A DNA stretch of 63,143 nt, filler included, from Octopus bimaculoides (lineage: Eukaryota), in NCBI RefSeq assembly GCF_001194135.2. It is 9 parts of 9 records of this genome, joined end to end, with 100 filler letters (N's around TTAATTAATTAA, not from the genome) between each part and the next. Parts side by side here need not be neighbours in the genome. Positions count along the whole stretch, not along the records: positions 46,944 to 51,000 come from NC_068999.1; positions 51,101 to 52,921 come from NC_069000.1; positions 53,022 to 63,143 come from NC_069001.1; 6 more parts are not named here. One strand, given 5' to 3'. The notes beneath the pieces are model-generated. The model was not told the DNA's origin, did no database searches, and saw only the letters and a program-made list of their open reading frames with translations. Each line of letters begins with the position of its first letter. Position 1 is the stretch's first letter. The translations under genes and the position numbers were made by a program. Positions 50,601 to 62,990 of this stretch are shown in pieces.

Positions 50601-50940
50601 GGGCTGTTGTTTCACCTCATGTCATTATGATTAAACAGTCTTGAAACTTCAAGAATTAAGAAGCTCAAGTCACGGCTGTTCAAGCATAATAACTGCCAAA
50701 TTATGTCGTAGAATTCTTTCTTCTTAAGATGGTATAGTGTGGTTTCACTGAATGTGTATTGTAGCAGTTGATTCCGACTACATTAGGTGATTTGGCAACT
50801 CATGCAAATTTGGAATAAACTGTATAACAAAGTATAATAACGCATTTATACTAGATCTAAATGCCAATTATGGCCATTATGACCGGTCTTTTTGAGCAGA
50901 AGTTCCGAGATAAAAAAAATCTATAAAACTCTAGAGCTAT

Positions 50941-50975
<35 letters not shown>

Positions 50976-51139
50976 ATATATATATATATATATATATATA
51001 NNNNNNNNNNNNNNNNNNNNNNNNNNNNNNNNNNNNNNNNNNNNTTAATTAATTAANNNNNNNNNNNNNNNNNNNNNNNNNNNNNNNNNNNNNNNNNNNN
51101 TATATATATATATATATATATATGCGTATATTTGTGTAT

Positions 51140-51500
51140 CTGTATGTGTCCCCCCCCCCAACATCACTTCACAGGCGTTGTCGGTGTGATTACGCCCCGT
51201 AACGTAGCGATTCGGCAAAAGAGGTAGATACTACTTATTCTAAATCGTAGGCTTACAAAGAATAAGTCCTGATGTCGATTTGTTCGACTAATGGCGATGC
51301 CCCAGCATGGCCGCCGTCAAATCGCTAAAACAAAAACAAATAAAAGAATATATACACACACACACACATACATATATATGTATATATATATATATAAGTA
51401 TCTTTATATCTATGTAAATATTACTGGGTCAATTTGGCCGACTTAAAGCTATTCCAATCGGTGCCCCAGCATGACCGCAATCCAAATTATGTATCAGGAA
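51140..51500 (+). mobile_element. SINE family A 3' halves, diverged
   Basis: gtccccccccccaacatcac...ggcttacaaagaataagtcctg...cccagcatggccgccgtcaaat. Confidence 0.75.
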
Positions 51501-51735
51501 AAAGCTAAAACATATGTAGATGTATCTACCAGCAGCAGTAACAATAATGATGTATCTATCTTGCTGTGTAACTGCATATATATATATTGTAATTATATAC
51601 ATAATTATAACAAGGGATTGACTATAGGCCTCTCCACGCGCTGGGAAAAGTAGACGCCAAAAGACACTATCTCCACCTTAAAATCTCCGTGAATACCACA
51701 CTGGGTTATATATAGAGAGATAAAGATAGAGAGAC

Positions 51736-51782
<47 letters not shown>

Positions 51783-52699
51783 CGTGTGTGTTCGTGCGTG
51801 TGTACATAGATGCAGAAACGGAGAAAAAGAGGTAAAAGAAAGTGAAAGAAATGGGGAAGGAAAGGGAATGTTTAGAGTGAAAAGAATTCAGAATATGGAA
51901 CGCAAATCCACTTGGAAACCTAACTACACATTTCCTGCTAAGGGTATGGAAAAATAAAAGGAAAAATTTCCATTCCTGTGTCACATTAGGAACCGATATT
52001 GAACACGAAATCTGTAGATGGGAACACATAGAGACACAAATGCAGACATACGCAAATGTGTAGATCTATCTATCTATCTATCTATCTACTTATCTATCTA
52101 TAAATATATTCCTATATATTTATATGAATATATGTACATATATGTGTGTACATATGTATATATACATATATAGATATATATGTACCAATTCATATGTGTA
52201 TTCACATATATGCACACATATGCATACGTATATACATGTATGTTTAATGTATATACATGTATATATATTGGTATATATGTTAATAAATATGTATATATAC
52301 ACATATATATATAAATATACGAGATATATTCATATATATGCGTGTATGTATAATTTACATGAATGTATATATATGTGTGTATGTACCTATGTATGTATGT
52401 ATGGATGGATATATGGATATATATATATATTTGTGTGTGTGTGTGTGTGTGTATGTTTGTGTGTGCGTGTGTACGTGTATCTTTTTATCGATTCACGAAG
52501 TGACACAGGAATAAAGTATATTTTCTTTCTTTTTTACGCTAGTAAGAAACAGGTTTTTCATTTCAGTACGAAATTACCTTGTTTTCTCCCTTTCCCTGAC
52601 CCACTTCCTTCAGTCTACCGATCTATTTTTTCGCACTCAATTTTTTCTCCACTCTCCTTTTATTCTCTCATACCATGTAGATACCATCTTCAGTGTGTA

Positions 52700-52739
<40 letters not shown>

Positions 52740-52845
52740 CACCGGAGTAAGCACATGAAATGTGCAACAAGGTGGAAAAAAGAGTACTCAAATACCAGAG
52801 GTAGAGTAATATGCTTTATTTAAAAGCCGCAGAAATATAACAAAA

Positions 52846-52889
52846 AAACTGTTACTCTAAGTTTCACGTTCCCGTTCATCGGACAGTTT
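52846..52889 (-). ncRNA. Minimal type I hammerhead ribozyme motif (U4C variant)
   Basis: Minus strand AAACTGT-CCGATGA-ACG-GGAA-CGT-GAAAC-TTAGA-GTA-ACAGTTT: 7-bp stem I, 3-bp stem II with GNRA loop, GAAA, short stem III, GUA cleavage triplet. The core differs from CUGAUGA at one base. Confidence 0.7.
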
Positions 52890-52895
52890 CTAACA

Positions 52896-52921
52896 AAACT
52901 GTCTGATGAACGGGAAGGTGA
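52896..52921 (+). ncRNA. Second, inverted hammerhead motif (5' part; remainder in gap)
   Basis: AAACTGT-CTGATGA-ACG-GGAA-GGT-GA then N. Intact CUGAUGA core; one stem II mismatch. Confidence 0.5.
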
Positions 52922-53021
52922 NNNNNNNNNNNNNNNNNNNNNNNNNNNNNNNNNNNNNNNNNNNNTTAATTAATTAANNNNNNNNNNNNNNNNNNNNNNN
53001 NNNNNNNNNNNNNNNNNNNNN

Positions 53022-53053
<32 letters not shown>

Positions 53054-53590
53054 TTTTAGATTATCGTTGTGGGGATTGTTGGTCGGAAAGCTATTGTATT
53101 TGTTGCAAGTAAAGAGTTTCTTTTGTATCTAAGATAATTTATTATTAGAGTAGTGATAACCTGGGACAATAAAAAAAATTCCAGCATCAAACCAAAATAA
53201 ATCTCTTCACCACGACTTGCTGCTAACCGACACCCTACAAACACATGCTTTCTTCCCAATTCTTCTCTATTTTCACCCTTTTTACGTAACTGCTTCCCCT
53301 GTCTACTACACTACATCTTATTGTCATCACTATTGTTCCATATACAAAAACAAAAAAAACTATATAAAACGGAAAGGAACCAAAGTAAATCCCAGTCTAT
53401 TGAAAGAAAAACAAACGAACACTTCGAAGTCACTGTCAACGTTTCCTTATCTACGTTGCTTTCTATTGAAAAGTATTGAGTAATCCTTTCGGTTTAACGT
53501 AAAATTGTTTTACATAAAATCCGTCTTGAAAAGAAAAACGAATATATATTTATATACGCATTTACTTATAAACATACACACATACATACA

Positions 53591-53659
<69 letters not shown>

Positions 53660-54542
53660 ATGTATGTATGTATGTATATACACTGTATATAGTTAATGTG
53701 ATCTATCTATGTATGTATGTATGTATGTATGTATATACACTGTATATAGTTAATGTGATCTATGTATGTCATCCGTTACAAATGTCTAGCTGTGCGAATT
53801 ATACTGTATAATACTAACACTTGTACATGATAAAGAAACATTATATTTCACTCCCGCTTCTCTTTCCCGTCACTCTTTCTCCTCCTCCTTCTCCTCCTTC
53901 TTCCACCATTACAGATAGAATTACCAGCTTTCAACGCTGACTGTGAGACTCAATACAAGCACTCCGTTTCTTCCCGTTAATATAGCTTCTTTCTCTATTT
54001 TCCAGCCTCATGCTACTACTCCCTGGTTTCGTACTTCTGCTCTTCTTTCTCTTCCTTCTCTCTCTTCTCATGCTAATCCCCTCTCCTTTTCCTTCTTCTC
54101 TTCCGCTCTCTCTCTCCCTCCTTCTCTCTTCTTTCTCTCTCCCGCCCTCTCTCTCTCTCAATCTGTCCTTTTCACTCACACATACAACGATTAATTCTCC
54201 TACAACGTCTTCAAGCAGCATTTCTTCTTCTTCTTCTTCTTCTTCTTCTTCTTCGTCTTCTTTCAATTTACTCCTATTACGATATATGTTTGTATACATA
54301 ATTATATATGCATGTATATATATATGTATATGTATGTGTGTATATGTGTTTGTATGTGTGTGTGTGTGTGTGCACATAGATATGCATGTTGCATGTATAG
54401 TTTATCTCTTATGTAAATATTTTTAGCTATTCAAATGTTGCTTAAATTTGTAAACCAATATATTGTATACATACATGCGTACGTACGTACATGCATACAT
54501 ACATTTAATATATACATATATACATATATATATACATACATA

Positions 54543-54810
54543 CGTGGTCTGATCAATAAGTATCCAGACTGTTGCCATAGTAACGAAGCGAAAGACCGCA
54601 GAATAAAGCCGCTTGGCATAAATTGATCGCGAACTCTGCTGTGCATGTGTAGTAAGTTTTAACGCTCTAGCTCACTTCTGCTGGTTACAGCAGTGCTAGG
54701 AAGGAAGGTGTGTAACGTGTGAACGACGCATTGACCATGACAGAGGAAGTTGAGCAGAGATTCTGCTTCGAATTTTGGCAAACGCTTGGCGACATCTGCT
54801 CCTCGGCTGT
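54543..54810 (+). mobile_element. Mariner 5' fragment (TIR, 5' UTR, transposase start), different family from 16690-17621
   Basis: TA-cgtggtctgatcaataagtatccagact TIR-like start; ATG at ~54737 gives MTEEVEQRFCFEFWQTLGDICS (compare mariner EQRxCIKFCxKLG). Confidence 0.7.
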
Positions 54811-55565
54811 AAAAGTAGTATTACCCAAATAAATATTTGGATGTGGTTATCTAGAATTACCTATCGCAGAATTATTATGTTCACACAGAACGTACCCAGA
54901 ACTACTCGAACATAGGGACGATATTAAACCAACACACGTCGCACTAACACAGTGACCAATACGATCGAATAACACTGTTAACTATCCTGACACTTCTCAT
55001 AGTTCTATATTTATTGCAATCCGTCAGTCCACTTTCAGTCACGTGGAGGTGTACAGGATTCTCCCATCACAGAGCTATCATAGCAAATACGCCAGCCCGC
55101 CAGATGAGTGACCGGAAACTTAATGAAGAGAAGTGTGCTCGACAGAGATTTCAAACCAAATAGTGCTTTCATCTTGCTGTGGGCTCAACTTCTGAGTCAC
55201 CACTACATTTACAACAACTGTCCCGTGGCTGTTTTGAGTTCCCAACCAGCACTAACGACATCGTTTAGTAAACAGTGGCGGGACATATATATATATATAT
55301 ATATACTGCAAGATGGCTGTCATATAGTTATGTGATGGTTGACAGTTTCGCCGGAAGTCGATGTTTTACAGGAAGTTCATGCTTGAATTGCATTCCCAAG
55401 TTATCGCCTTGACACCTTCCAATTGTATGGCTTACGTGTCACCGTATCCATGTTGCTATATACGTACGTGTATACGTAAGTATGTGTCAATGAGAGTAAG
55501 TGTGTGGGGTGGGGAGAGAGAATGAGTGCATGCGTACATGTGTATAATAATATTTCTACGATTAG

Positions 55566-55884
55566 AAGGTGGCGAGCTGGCATAAACGGTCGACTTTGCC
55601 TTTCATCCATTCGGGGTCGATAAATTAAGTACCAGTTACGCACTGGGGTCGGTGTAATCGACTTAATCCCTTTGTCCCCATAGAGGGGACAAACAAGGAC
55701 AGACAAAGGGATTCAGTCGATTATATCAACCCCCAGTGCGTAACTGGTACTTATTTAATCGACCCCGAAAAGATGAAAGGCAAAGTCGACCTCAGCGGAT
55801 TTTGAACTCAGAAACGTAACGGCAGACGAAATACCGCCAAGTATTTCGTCCGGTGTGCTAACGATTCTGCCAGCTCGCCGCCTT
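55566..55884. mobile_element. Tail-to-tail inverted pair of SINE family B copies
   Basis: Arms 55588-55676 and 55702-55791 are near reverse complements; outer ends aaggtggcgagctggca / tgccagctcgccgcctt. Confidence 0.88.
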
Positions 55885-56232
55885 GAGAGCAAAAGGAATA
55901 ATAGAGACAGGTGAAGTGGCCTCTATTTAATTCTTATGGATAACGAATTGGTCAAGCAACCTTTCCTGGGAATAGCTTAATGTGTTATAGCGCTGCAGGA
56001 ACACGGATGCCCCCGAACATTACCCCAACATTTTAATTTATTTATTCATTTATCTTTTTTTCCGTCTATGTATGGAAATCAAATTTAATGAAAACTATTA
56101 CGACTTTGGAAATTAGATCAAGTAATCTACAAGTTTTAAGTATATGATTATTAAGTTTCCTGTTTCAATATCGCGTTCATTTGCAAAGCGACACACAGTG
56201 ACACATGCACGTGAGCATAGGTTTGTGTGTGC

Positions 56233-56269
<37 letters not shown>

Positions 56270-56714
56270 TATTGGAACGTCTAATAATGTGCGTACATAA
56301 TCATATATGTATATGTGCAGTTACATATATATATATATGTATGTATGTATGGATGTATAGGGAAAATATTGAGAAAAAGTTGAAAGTGCGTCAAATTTTC
56401 TTTTAGATATTTATAAATGGAAAATAATTTCATTCTGTGTTCATATGTATGAAAAATAAAATTATAACGATATTATTAAAAGTATATGTGTATATGTGTA
56501 TATATGTGTATGTTTGTATGTATTTATATATATATATATATGTATAAGCGCGTGTGTGTATATATATATGTATATGTATATATACATATATCTATGTATA
56601 TATACATATGTATATATATATATATATATGCACACACACACATCTATGTTAAGTATTATGTTCATCCATCCATACATACATACATACATACATACATACA
56701 TACGAAAATGAGTA

Positions 56715-57176
56715 GTACCCGTATTTCAAAAGGGGCCAGCCTTGTCACACTCCGTGTCACACTGAATCTCCCTGAGAACTACGTTAAGGGTTACACGTGT
56801 CTGTGGAGTACTCAGACACATGCACGTTAGTTCCACGAGCAGGCTGTTCTGTTGATCGTATCAACTGGAATACTCATCGTCGTAACCGACGGAGGACCAG
56901 TGCATTGGCGAGTACAAGGAGTTAAAGAATGATAAATATAGGAGTGTAGTCTGGGAGGATATATAAAGTATGTAAGGAGCTCAATCTCCCTGGGAGCTAC
57001 ATCGAGGGTACGGGTGTCTGTGGAGTGCTCAGCCACTTGCACGTTAATTCCACGAGCAGGCTGTTCCGTTGGTCGGATCAACTGGAATATTCGTCGTCAT
57101 AACCGACGGAGAACCAGTGCATTTGCAAGTACAAGGAGTTAAAGAACGGTAAATATGGAAGTGTAGTGTGGGAGGG
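56715..57176 (+). mobile_element. SINE family C 3' part plus flank, tandemly duplicated
   Basis: Units ~56763-56958 and ~56982-57176 each carry the SINE 3' end followed by ccagtgcatt...gtacaaggagttaaagaa...gtgtagt.tgggagg. Confidence 0.8.
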
Positions 57177-57799
57177 TGTGTAAGGAGGTGATTGACAGGT
57201 GTCAGGGAAACGTAATTTCATAAACGGGATTATTCTGTCATGAAGCAGCGTGTGAGTATTGATGGTGCGTGACCCAGGCCGTGACATGTTGACTGGCTTG
57301 CTAGCTGGCCTGCTGGCGGGCTGGCTAGCTGGTTGACTAGCTGGCTGGCTGGCTTGCTTGGCTTGCTAGCTGGTTGGTTGTTGGAAAGGAGGAGATGTGA
57401 CGTTAACAGCCCCAAAATGGTCCGACATGGGGGGAATGAAAGCTGCAAGTTGAATATGCGAAACGAAATATCAAGGAAGTATATATAAGCGTATGTATTT
57501 GTGAGTGAGTGTGTAGTAGCAGTAGTAGTAGAGGTGGTGGTGGTGGTGGTGATGGTGGTGGATGTGGTGAAAGTGTTTGCAAAATATATTAAATGTGTAT
57601 TTGGCGTTTTACAAAGATTATCTGATATAAATACGACACAGTCGGCTGTGTTGAGTGAATACATACGGTCTATGTTTATTAGTTATAACGGAAGTTGACA
57701 GTTCCCTGAAAAGTTTCGATCTGTGCTCTGCAGTTCCCGACATGTATATATGTATACATGCGTGTGCGCATATGTATGTATATCAATATATATGTATAT

Positions 57800-58335
57800 A
57801 GGCAGGAGAGGCTGTGTGGTAGGAAGCTTGCTTCCCAACCACATGGTTCCGGGTTCAGTCTCACTGTGTGGCACCTTAGGTAAATGTTTTCTACAATAGC
57901 CTCGGGCTGATCAAAGCCTTGTGAGTGGATTTGGTAGACGGAAGCTGAAAGAAGCCCGTCGTATATATGTATGTGTGTGTGTGTGTGTGTGTGTTTGTCC
58001 CCCCAACGTCGCTTGACAACCGATGCTGGTGTGTTTACGTTCCTGTAACTTAGCGGTTCGGCAAAACAGAAAGATAGAATAAGTACTAGGCTTACAAAAG
58101 AATAAGTCCTGGGGTCNNNNNNNNNNGTATGTGTGTGTGTGTGTGTGTGTGTTTGTCCCCCCAACGTCGCTTGACAACCGATGCTGGTGTGTTTACGTTC
58201 CTGTAACTTAGCGGTTCGGCAAAACAGAAAGATAGAATAAGTACTAGGCTTACAAAAGAATAAGTCCTGGGGTCGATTTGTTCGACTAAAGGCGGTGTTC
58301 CAGCATGGCCGCAGTCAAATGACTGAAACAAGTAA
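57800..58335 (+). mobile_element. SINE family A, full-length, partly duplicated across a 10-N gap
   Basis: Matches 29036-29439; ~57990-58096 repeats at ~58150-58275. Confidence 0.88.
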
Positions 58336-59269
58336 AAGAATAAAATAATAAATATACATATATATATATATATATATGTGTGTGTATGAATGTATGTATA
58401 TATGTATGCGTATGTATGTGTGTATATACACATATATACATGATTCCTTTCAATAGTAGAACTCGAAGTTGATAAAGCTATAAACAAAAGCCAATAATCA
58501 TTGTTTTAAACACTTCCGGGCATAGAAAAATCTGGGGGCTGCCCGTGCGAACCGGTGTGTATGTATGTTTGTGTGAGCGTGTATGTGTGTGTGTATATGT
58601 GTGTGTGTGTGTGCGTGTGCACACACACTCTCACACATCTTTATGCATATATGTATATATGACATGCATATACATACATATATATATATAAACATATATA
58701 GATACATACATATATATATATATACATGTGTGCGCGCGCGTGCGAATGTATGTTATTAAAAAAAAAGTAGGAGGGGTAGAATATGGTATGGCTTCATATT
58801 TGGCGTGGGTGTCAATTAATTACAAGACATTTGGCTGGCAAACCGTCTCCATTAATTCCGAACACCAAGTATATTATAAGCCGTTTGACGAGGCGGGATG
58901 TTCTTGTATTACTGATCTAATTATATGGTTATTTTATTGAAATTTATTACAGGGGCTGATTTCAGCTGAGAAACAACCTTCGCGGCGGTTGTCGCTCCCG
59001 TTTTCACTTTTTTTAACGATATATTTGCGTGTTCGTGTGTGTGTGTGTGTGTGTATGTATACGTATGTGAGTTCCTGTGTGATTGTGATTGTGTTGGAGT
59101 GACTCAGTGTCTGTATGTGTGTGCATGTGTATTGTGTGATTGATTGGTAATATTTACTTTCTTAATTAATCACAAGATAACTATCATGGAGGTCGACTTT
59201 GTTTTTGTTTTTTCTTTCAATCTTCATAATGAGGCAGACATAAATAATTATTTCAAATTTTTGCTACAA

Positions 59270-59410
59270 GGGCAGCGGTGGAGGGGGGGGTGAGTCGATT
59301 ACATCGACCCCAGCGTTCAACTGGTACTTATTTTATCGACACCGAATAGGTGAAAGGCAAAGTTGACCTCGGCGGAATTTGAACTCAGAACGTAGCGACG
59401 AGTGAAAAGC

Positions 59411-59506
<96 letters not shown>

Positions 59507-59965
59507 TTCGTTTCATATTTTGGCACAAGGTCAGAAATTTCTGAGGTGGAGGTAAGCCGATACTGGTATCCAATTGGTACTTATTTTATCGACCTCGAAA
59601 AGATAAAAGGTAACGTCGACCTCGATGGAATTTGAACTCAGAACATAGACAGACGAAATGCCGCTAGCATTTTGCCCGGCATGCTAACGATTCTTTTCTA
59701 CTCTAGGCACAAGGCACGAAATTTTGGTGGGAGGGGGCCAGTCGATTATATCGACCCAGTACGCAACTGGTGCTTAATTTATCGATCCTGGAAGGATGAA
59801 GGGCAAAGTCGACCTCGGCGGAATTTGAACTCAGAAGGTAAAGACAGACGAAATCCTGCTAAGCATTTCGTTTCCACCAGCTCGCCGCCTTAGGTCAGAT
59901 TCAGGCACTAGGCCCGCAATTTCGGAGGAGGTGGTAAGTAAGTCTATTACATTGACTCCAGTGTC
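59270..59965 (-). mobile_element. Tandem family B copies (59270-59405, 59515-59690, 59691-59890, fragment 59905-59965)
   Basis: Repeated reverse-complement family B motifs. Confidence 0.85.
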
Positions 59966-60259
59966 CCTCATGTTGATGTTGTATATGTGTGTATTCCTAT
60001 TGTTGCTGGTGTGGTCGTGGTTGGCTGTGTGCTTGTTAGCTTGTGCAGCGGCGGTGGCTGCGGTTGAGTTGGTTGCATTATTTGAACGGCAGACGACAGG
60101 CGCCATCGTCAGCAACCGGTGATGCGAGTACTCTGAACAAGGCAATCACTGTCAAATTCGTAAGTTTAACAAAGAATAAAGATACAATGGCGTATATGCA
60201 TGATTACGTTATGTATCTCCTCGTGCAGCCTACAGATAATTCTCTCTTTTTTTTTTTTA

Positions 60260-60475
60260 GGGCGGCGAGCTGGCAGAAACGTTAGCACCGCCGAGTAAAA
60301 TCCTTAGCAGTATTCCGTCTGTCTTTACGTTATGATTTCAAATTCCGCCGAGGTCGACTTTGCCTTTCATCCTTTCGGGGTCGATAAATTAAGTACCATT
60401 TGCGTACTGGGGTCGATCTAATCGACTGGCCCCCTCCCCCAAAATTTCAGGCCTTGTGCCTAGAGTAGAAAAGAA
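60260..60475 (+). mobile_element. SINE family B, full-length reference copy; partial + copies follow to ~60840
   Basis: ggcggcgagctggcagaaacgttagc...tcaaattccgccgaggtcgactttgcctttcatcctttcggggtcgataaattaagtacc...ggccttgtgcctagagtagaaaagaa. Confidence 0.9.
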
Positions 60476-61349
60476 TATATATGTGTAAAGACTACGAGCT
60501 GGTGGTATTTACATATACACGTTATGATTTCAAATTCCGCCGAGGTTGACTTTACGTTTCATCTTTTCGGAGTCGATTAAATAAGAACCAGTTGCGTACT
60601 GGGGTGGATGTAATCGACTTAATCCGTTTGACTGTCCTTGTTTGTCCCCTCTGTGTGTAGCTCCTAGTGGGCATTAAAGAAATAAGAAACGTTAGCATGC
60701 CGAGGAAAATACTTAGCGGCATTTCGTCCGTCTTTACGTTCTGAGTTCAAATTCCGCCGAGATCGACTTTGCCTTTCATCCTTTCGAGGTCGATAAATTA
60801 AGTACCAGTGAAACACTGCGCAAAAGAATTTCAGGCCTTGTAAAAAGGATTATTTTCTGCATCGTTAAGTATCAACTTTGGCGACGCGATAAAAAATTTT
60901 AAAAATCATGTACAGATTTGTTCCGATTACTGCGGGTGATGTGAGATACAAAGAACATCGCAGTATTCGAATATGTAAAATACACGCAACATCTTCGACC
61001 GATGGATGTCTAGACTTCGAAAAAAAAAATATTAACTGTTTTATGTTCCAAAAGATCTTAGAGAAAACATCATATGAAAAAATCAATATAAAACCAAAAA
61101 GCAAATAAATGAATTTGATGTAGTTTTTTATGCTGTGCTGTTTTATTGAATTTCACTCAATATATGCAAAGAAAAGTTAATTAAATGTTTGTTTTTTTTT
61201 AATGAATTTGTAAAAAAGAGGATGTTTCTTTCGACGTATTTTCTTTTTTCTTGTGGATAACCTTGGAGCAACTCTGTCTATTTTCAGTTTGTCGTTTGAC
61301 TTGCATCCTTGTCTTGTTGTCGGTGTGGTTGTCTGTGTGTCTGAATCTC

Positions 61350-61357
61350 TCTCTGTA

Positions 61358-61426
<69 letters not shown>

Positions 61427-61887
61427 CTCACACTCACAAACACAAATATACTTTCACTCTTCCTCTGTTTCTCTGCTCGCTCACTTGCTCTTTCACTCGT
61501 TCTCTCTCTCTTTCTCTCCACCTCTCTCTCTCTCTCTATCTCTCCCTCCCTCTTCCTCTATATCTGTCTTGCTCTCACTCTCGCATTTTCACATCCTTCT
61601 CTTTCAATCTCTTTCTCTCTCTTTCTCATGCTCTCTGATTTCCTCTTTCGCTTACGCTCTCACTCACTTCTTCCTTAACCTCTCTCTCTCTCTCTTTTAC
61701 TCTCTCACTCCCCTTACTTTTCTTTCTCACACCCTCCTTTCTCTCTCCTCCTCTTCTCTCACCTCTTTTTCTCTCTTTCTCTCTCACTCTCATGTCCTCT
61801 CCTCCTCCCTCTCTCGGTCATGCGCTTTCACATGCTCCCCACCTCTCTTTATTTATCTGTCTGTCTGTCTCTCTAGTCTTTTTATTC

Positions 61888-61921
<34 letters not shown>

Positions 61922-61925
61922 GTGT
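61350..61925. repeat. Degenerate (CT)n polypyrimidine tract
   Basis: Direct read; explains the L/S-rich ORF 61251-61988. Confidence 0.92.
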
Positions 61926-62084
61926 TCGCCACCACCCTCACCGTCTCTATGCCTTCTATTACTCTCGCCCCAACATGAGCAACAGTAAAAGTGTCATTGA
62001 ATAGTGAGAAAGAGGGTCAGAGTGTGACACACTGACACACAGAAATTAGCTTTCGCGTTCATTATAATAGATATAAATATACTT

Positions 62085-62122
<38 letters not shown>

Positions 62123-62319
62123 NNNNNNNNNNNNNNNNNNNNNNNNNNNNNNNNNNNNNNNNNNNNNNNNNNNNNNNNNNNNNNNNNNNNNNNNNNNNNN
62201 NNNNNNNNNNNNNNNNNNNNNNNNNNNNNNNNNNNNNNNNNNNNNNNNNNNNNNNNNNNNNNNNNNNNNNNNNNNNNNNNNNNNNNNNNNNNNNNNNNNN
62301 NNNNNNNNNNNNNNNNNNN

Positions 62320-62354
<35 letters not shown>

Positions 62355-62953
62355 CAGATGGACAGATAAGCAGACGGATAGACACGCAGACAGACAGGTA
62401 GACAAACAGACAAGCAGACAGACAGAGATGCAGAAGTAGTCGTACGTAAAAGTAGAAAGTTCCCATTGAATGTTGATAAAACTCAGCAGCATAAGCAGCA
62501 GCAGCAACAACAGCAGCAGCAGTAGTACCCGCGATGCTGCCTTCCTGCCTCTCTATTCTAGAACTTGTATTCAGCAGGAACACTTCAAACGAAATGAAAT
62601 GAAATCCAAGCAGAAAGGCCTTTTTCCTACCAGCCGCACTACAACTTCCGTTCCACTCAAAGAGAAGCTTACTCACGCCCGTGACCGACGTACAATCGTC
62701 GCTCCTAGCTATCGGGATCGACAAACGCATAGGAACATAGACATTCATGCGTACGCACGTACGCATACGTATACACGTACACGTATACGCAATTGTGGGC
62801 ACGCACGCGTACACATACATATGTGTATGCATATAGGCGTAAACGAATACATATATATATACATGCATGCATAAAGAAAACATACATGGCTATCCACGGG
62901 TAGATCTATTTTGTTCTAATTCTGACACATAATCGTATGTGTGTATTTGTGTA

Positions 62954-62990
<37 letters not shown>

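Larger units (their letters stand above)
52745..52921. mobile_element. PLE-type LTR end with inverted duplication, cut by a gap
   Basis: Shares its first ~55 bp with 23512-23575 and contains two inverted hammerhead motifs. Confidence 0.65.

Noticed and set aside
17929-52977. Eight identical TTAATTAATTAA islands (17929, 21860, 23974, 28149, 33981, 46888, 51045, 52966), each centred in a 100-nt gap
   Set aside because: Always 44 N + 12 nt + 44 N, and the 12-mer puts stops in all six frames. This is an assembly spacer, not biology.
12703-53765. Short local tandem duplications (12703-12765 ~21 bp x3; 45446-45540 ~45 bp x2; 53663-53765 ~59 bp x2; 42788-42811 12 bp x2)
   Set aside because: Ordinary slippage next to microsatellites; no repeat-spacer structure, so not CRISPR-like.
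57990-58275. ~105-bp duplication across a 10-N gap inside a SINE
   Set aside because: Identical sequence at a gap edge; likely assembly overlap.
59931-60122. Hydrophobic ORF resembling a signal peptide
   Set aside because: Starts inside a SINE fragment, is driven by GT-rich low complexity, and stops after 63 aa.
29036-60475. tRNA-like A/B boxes in SINE heads
   Set aside because: No cloverleaf 3' half or acceptor stem; counted as SINEs, not tRNA genes.
419-62883. Long ORFs of poly-X, YI/YIYI, VC/THTH, poly-H/S/I/M/L, including 15283-16026, 28153-28539 and 61251-61988
   Set aside because: They are translations of N-gaps and microsatellites, open in several frames and strands at once, with no domain signal.
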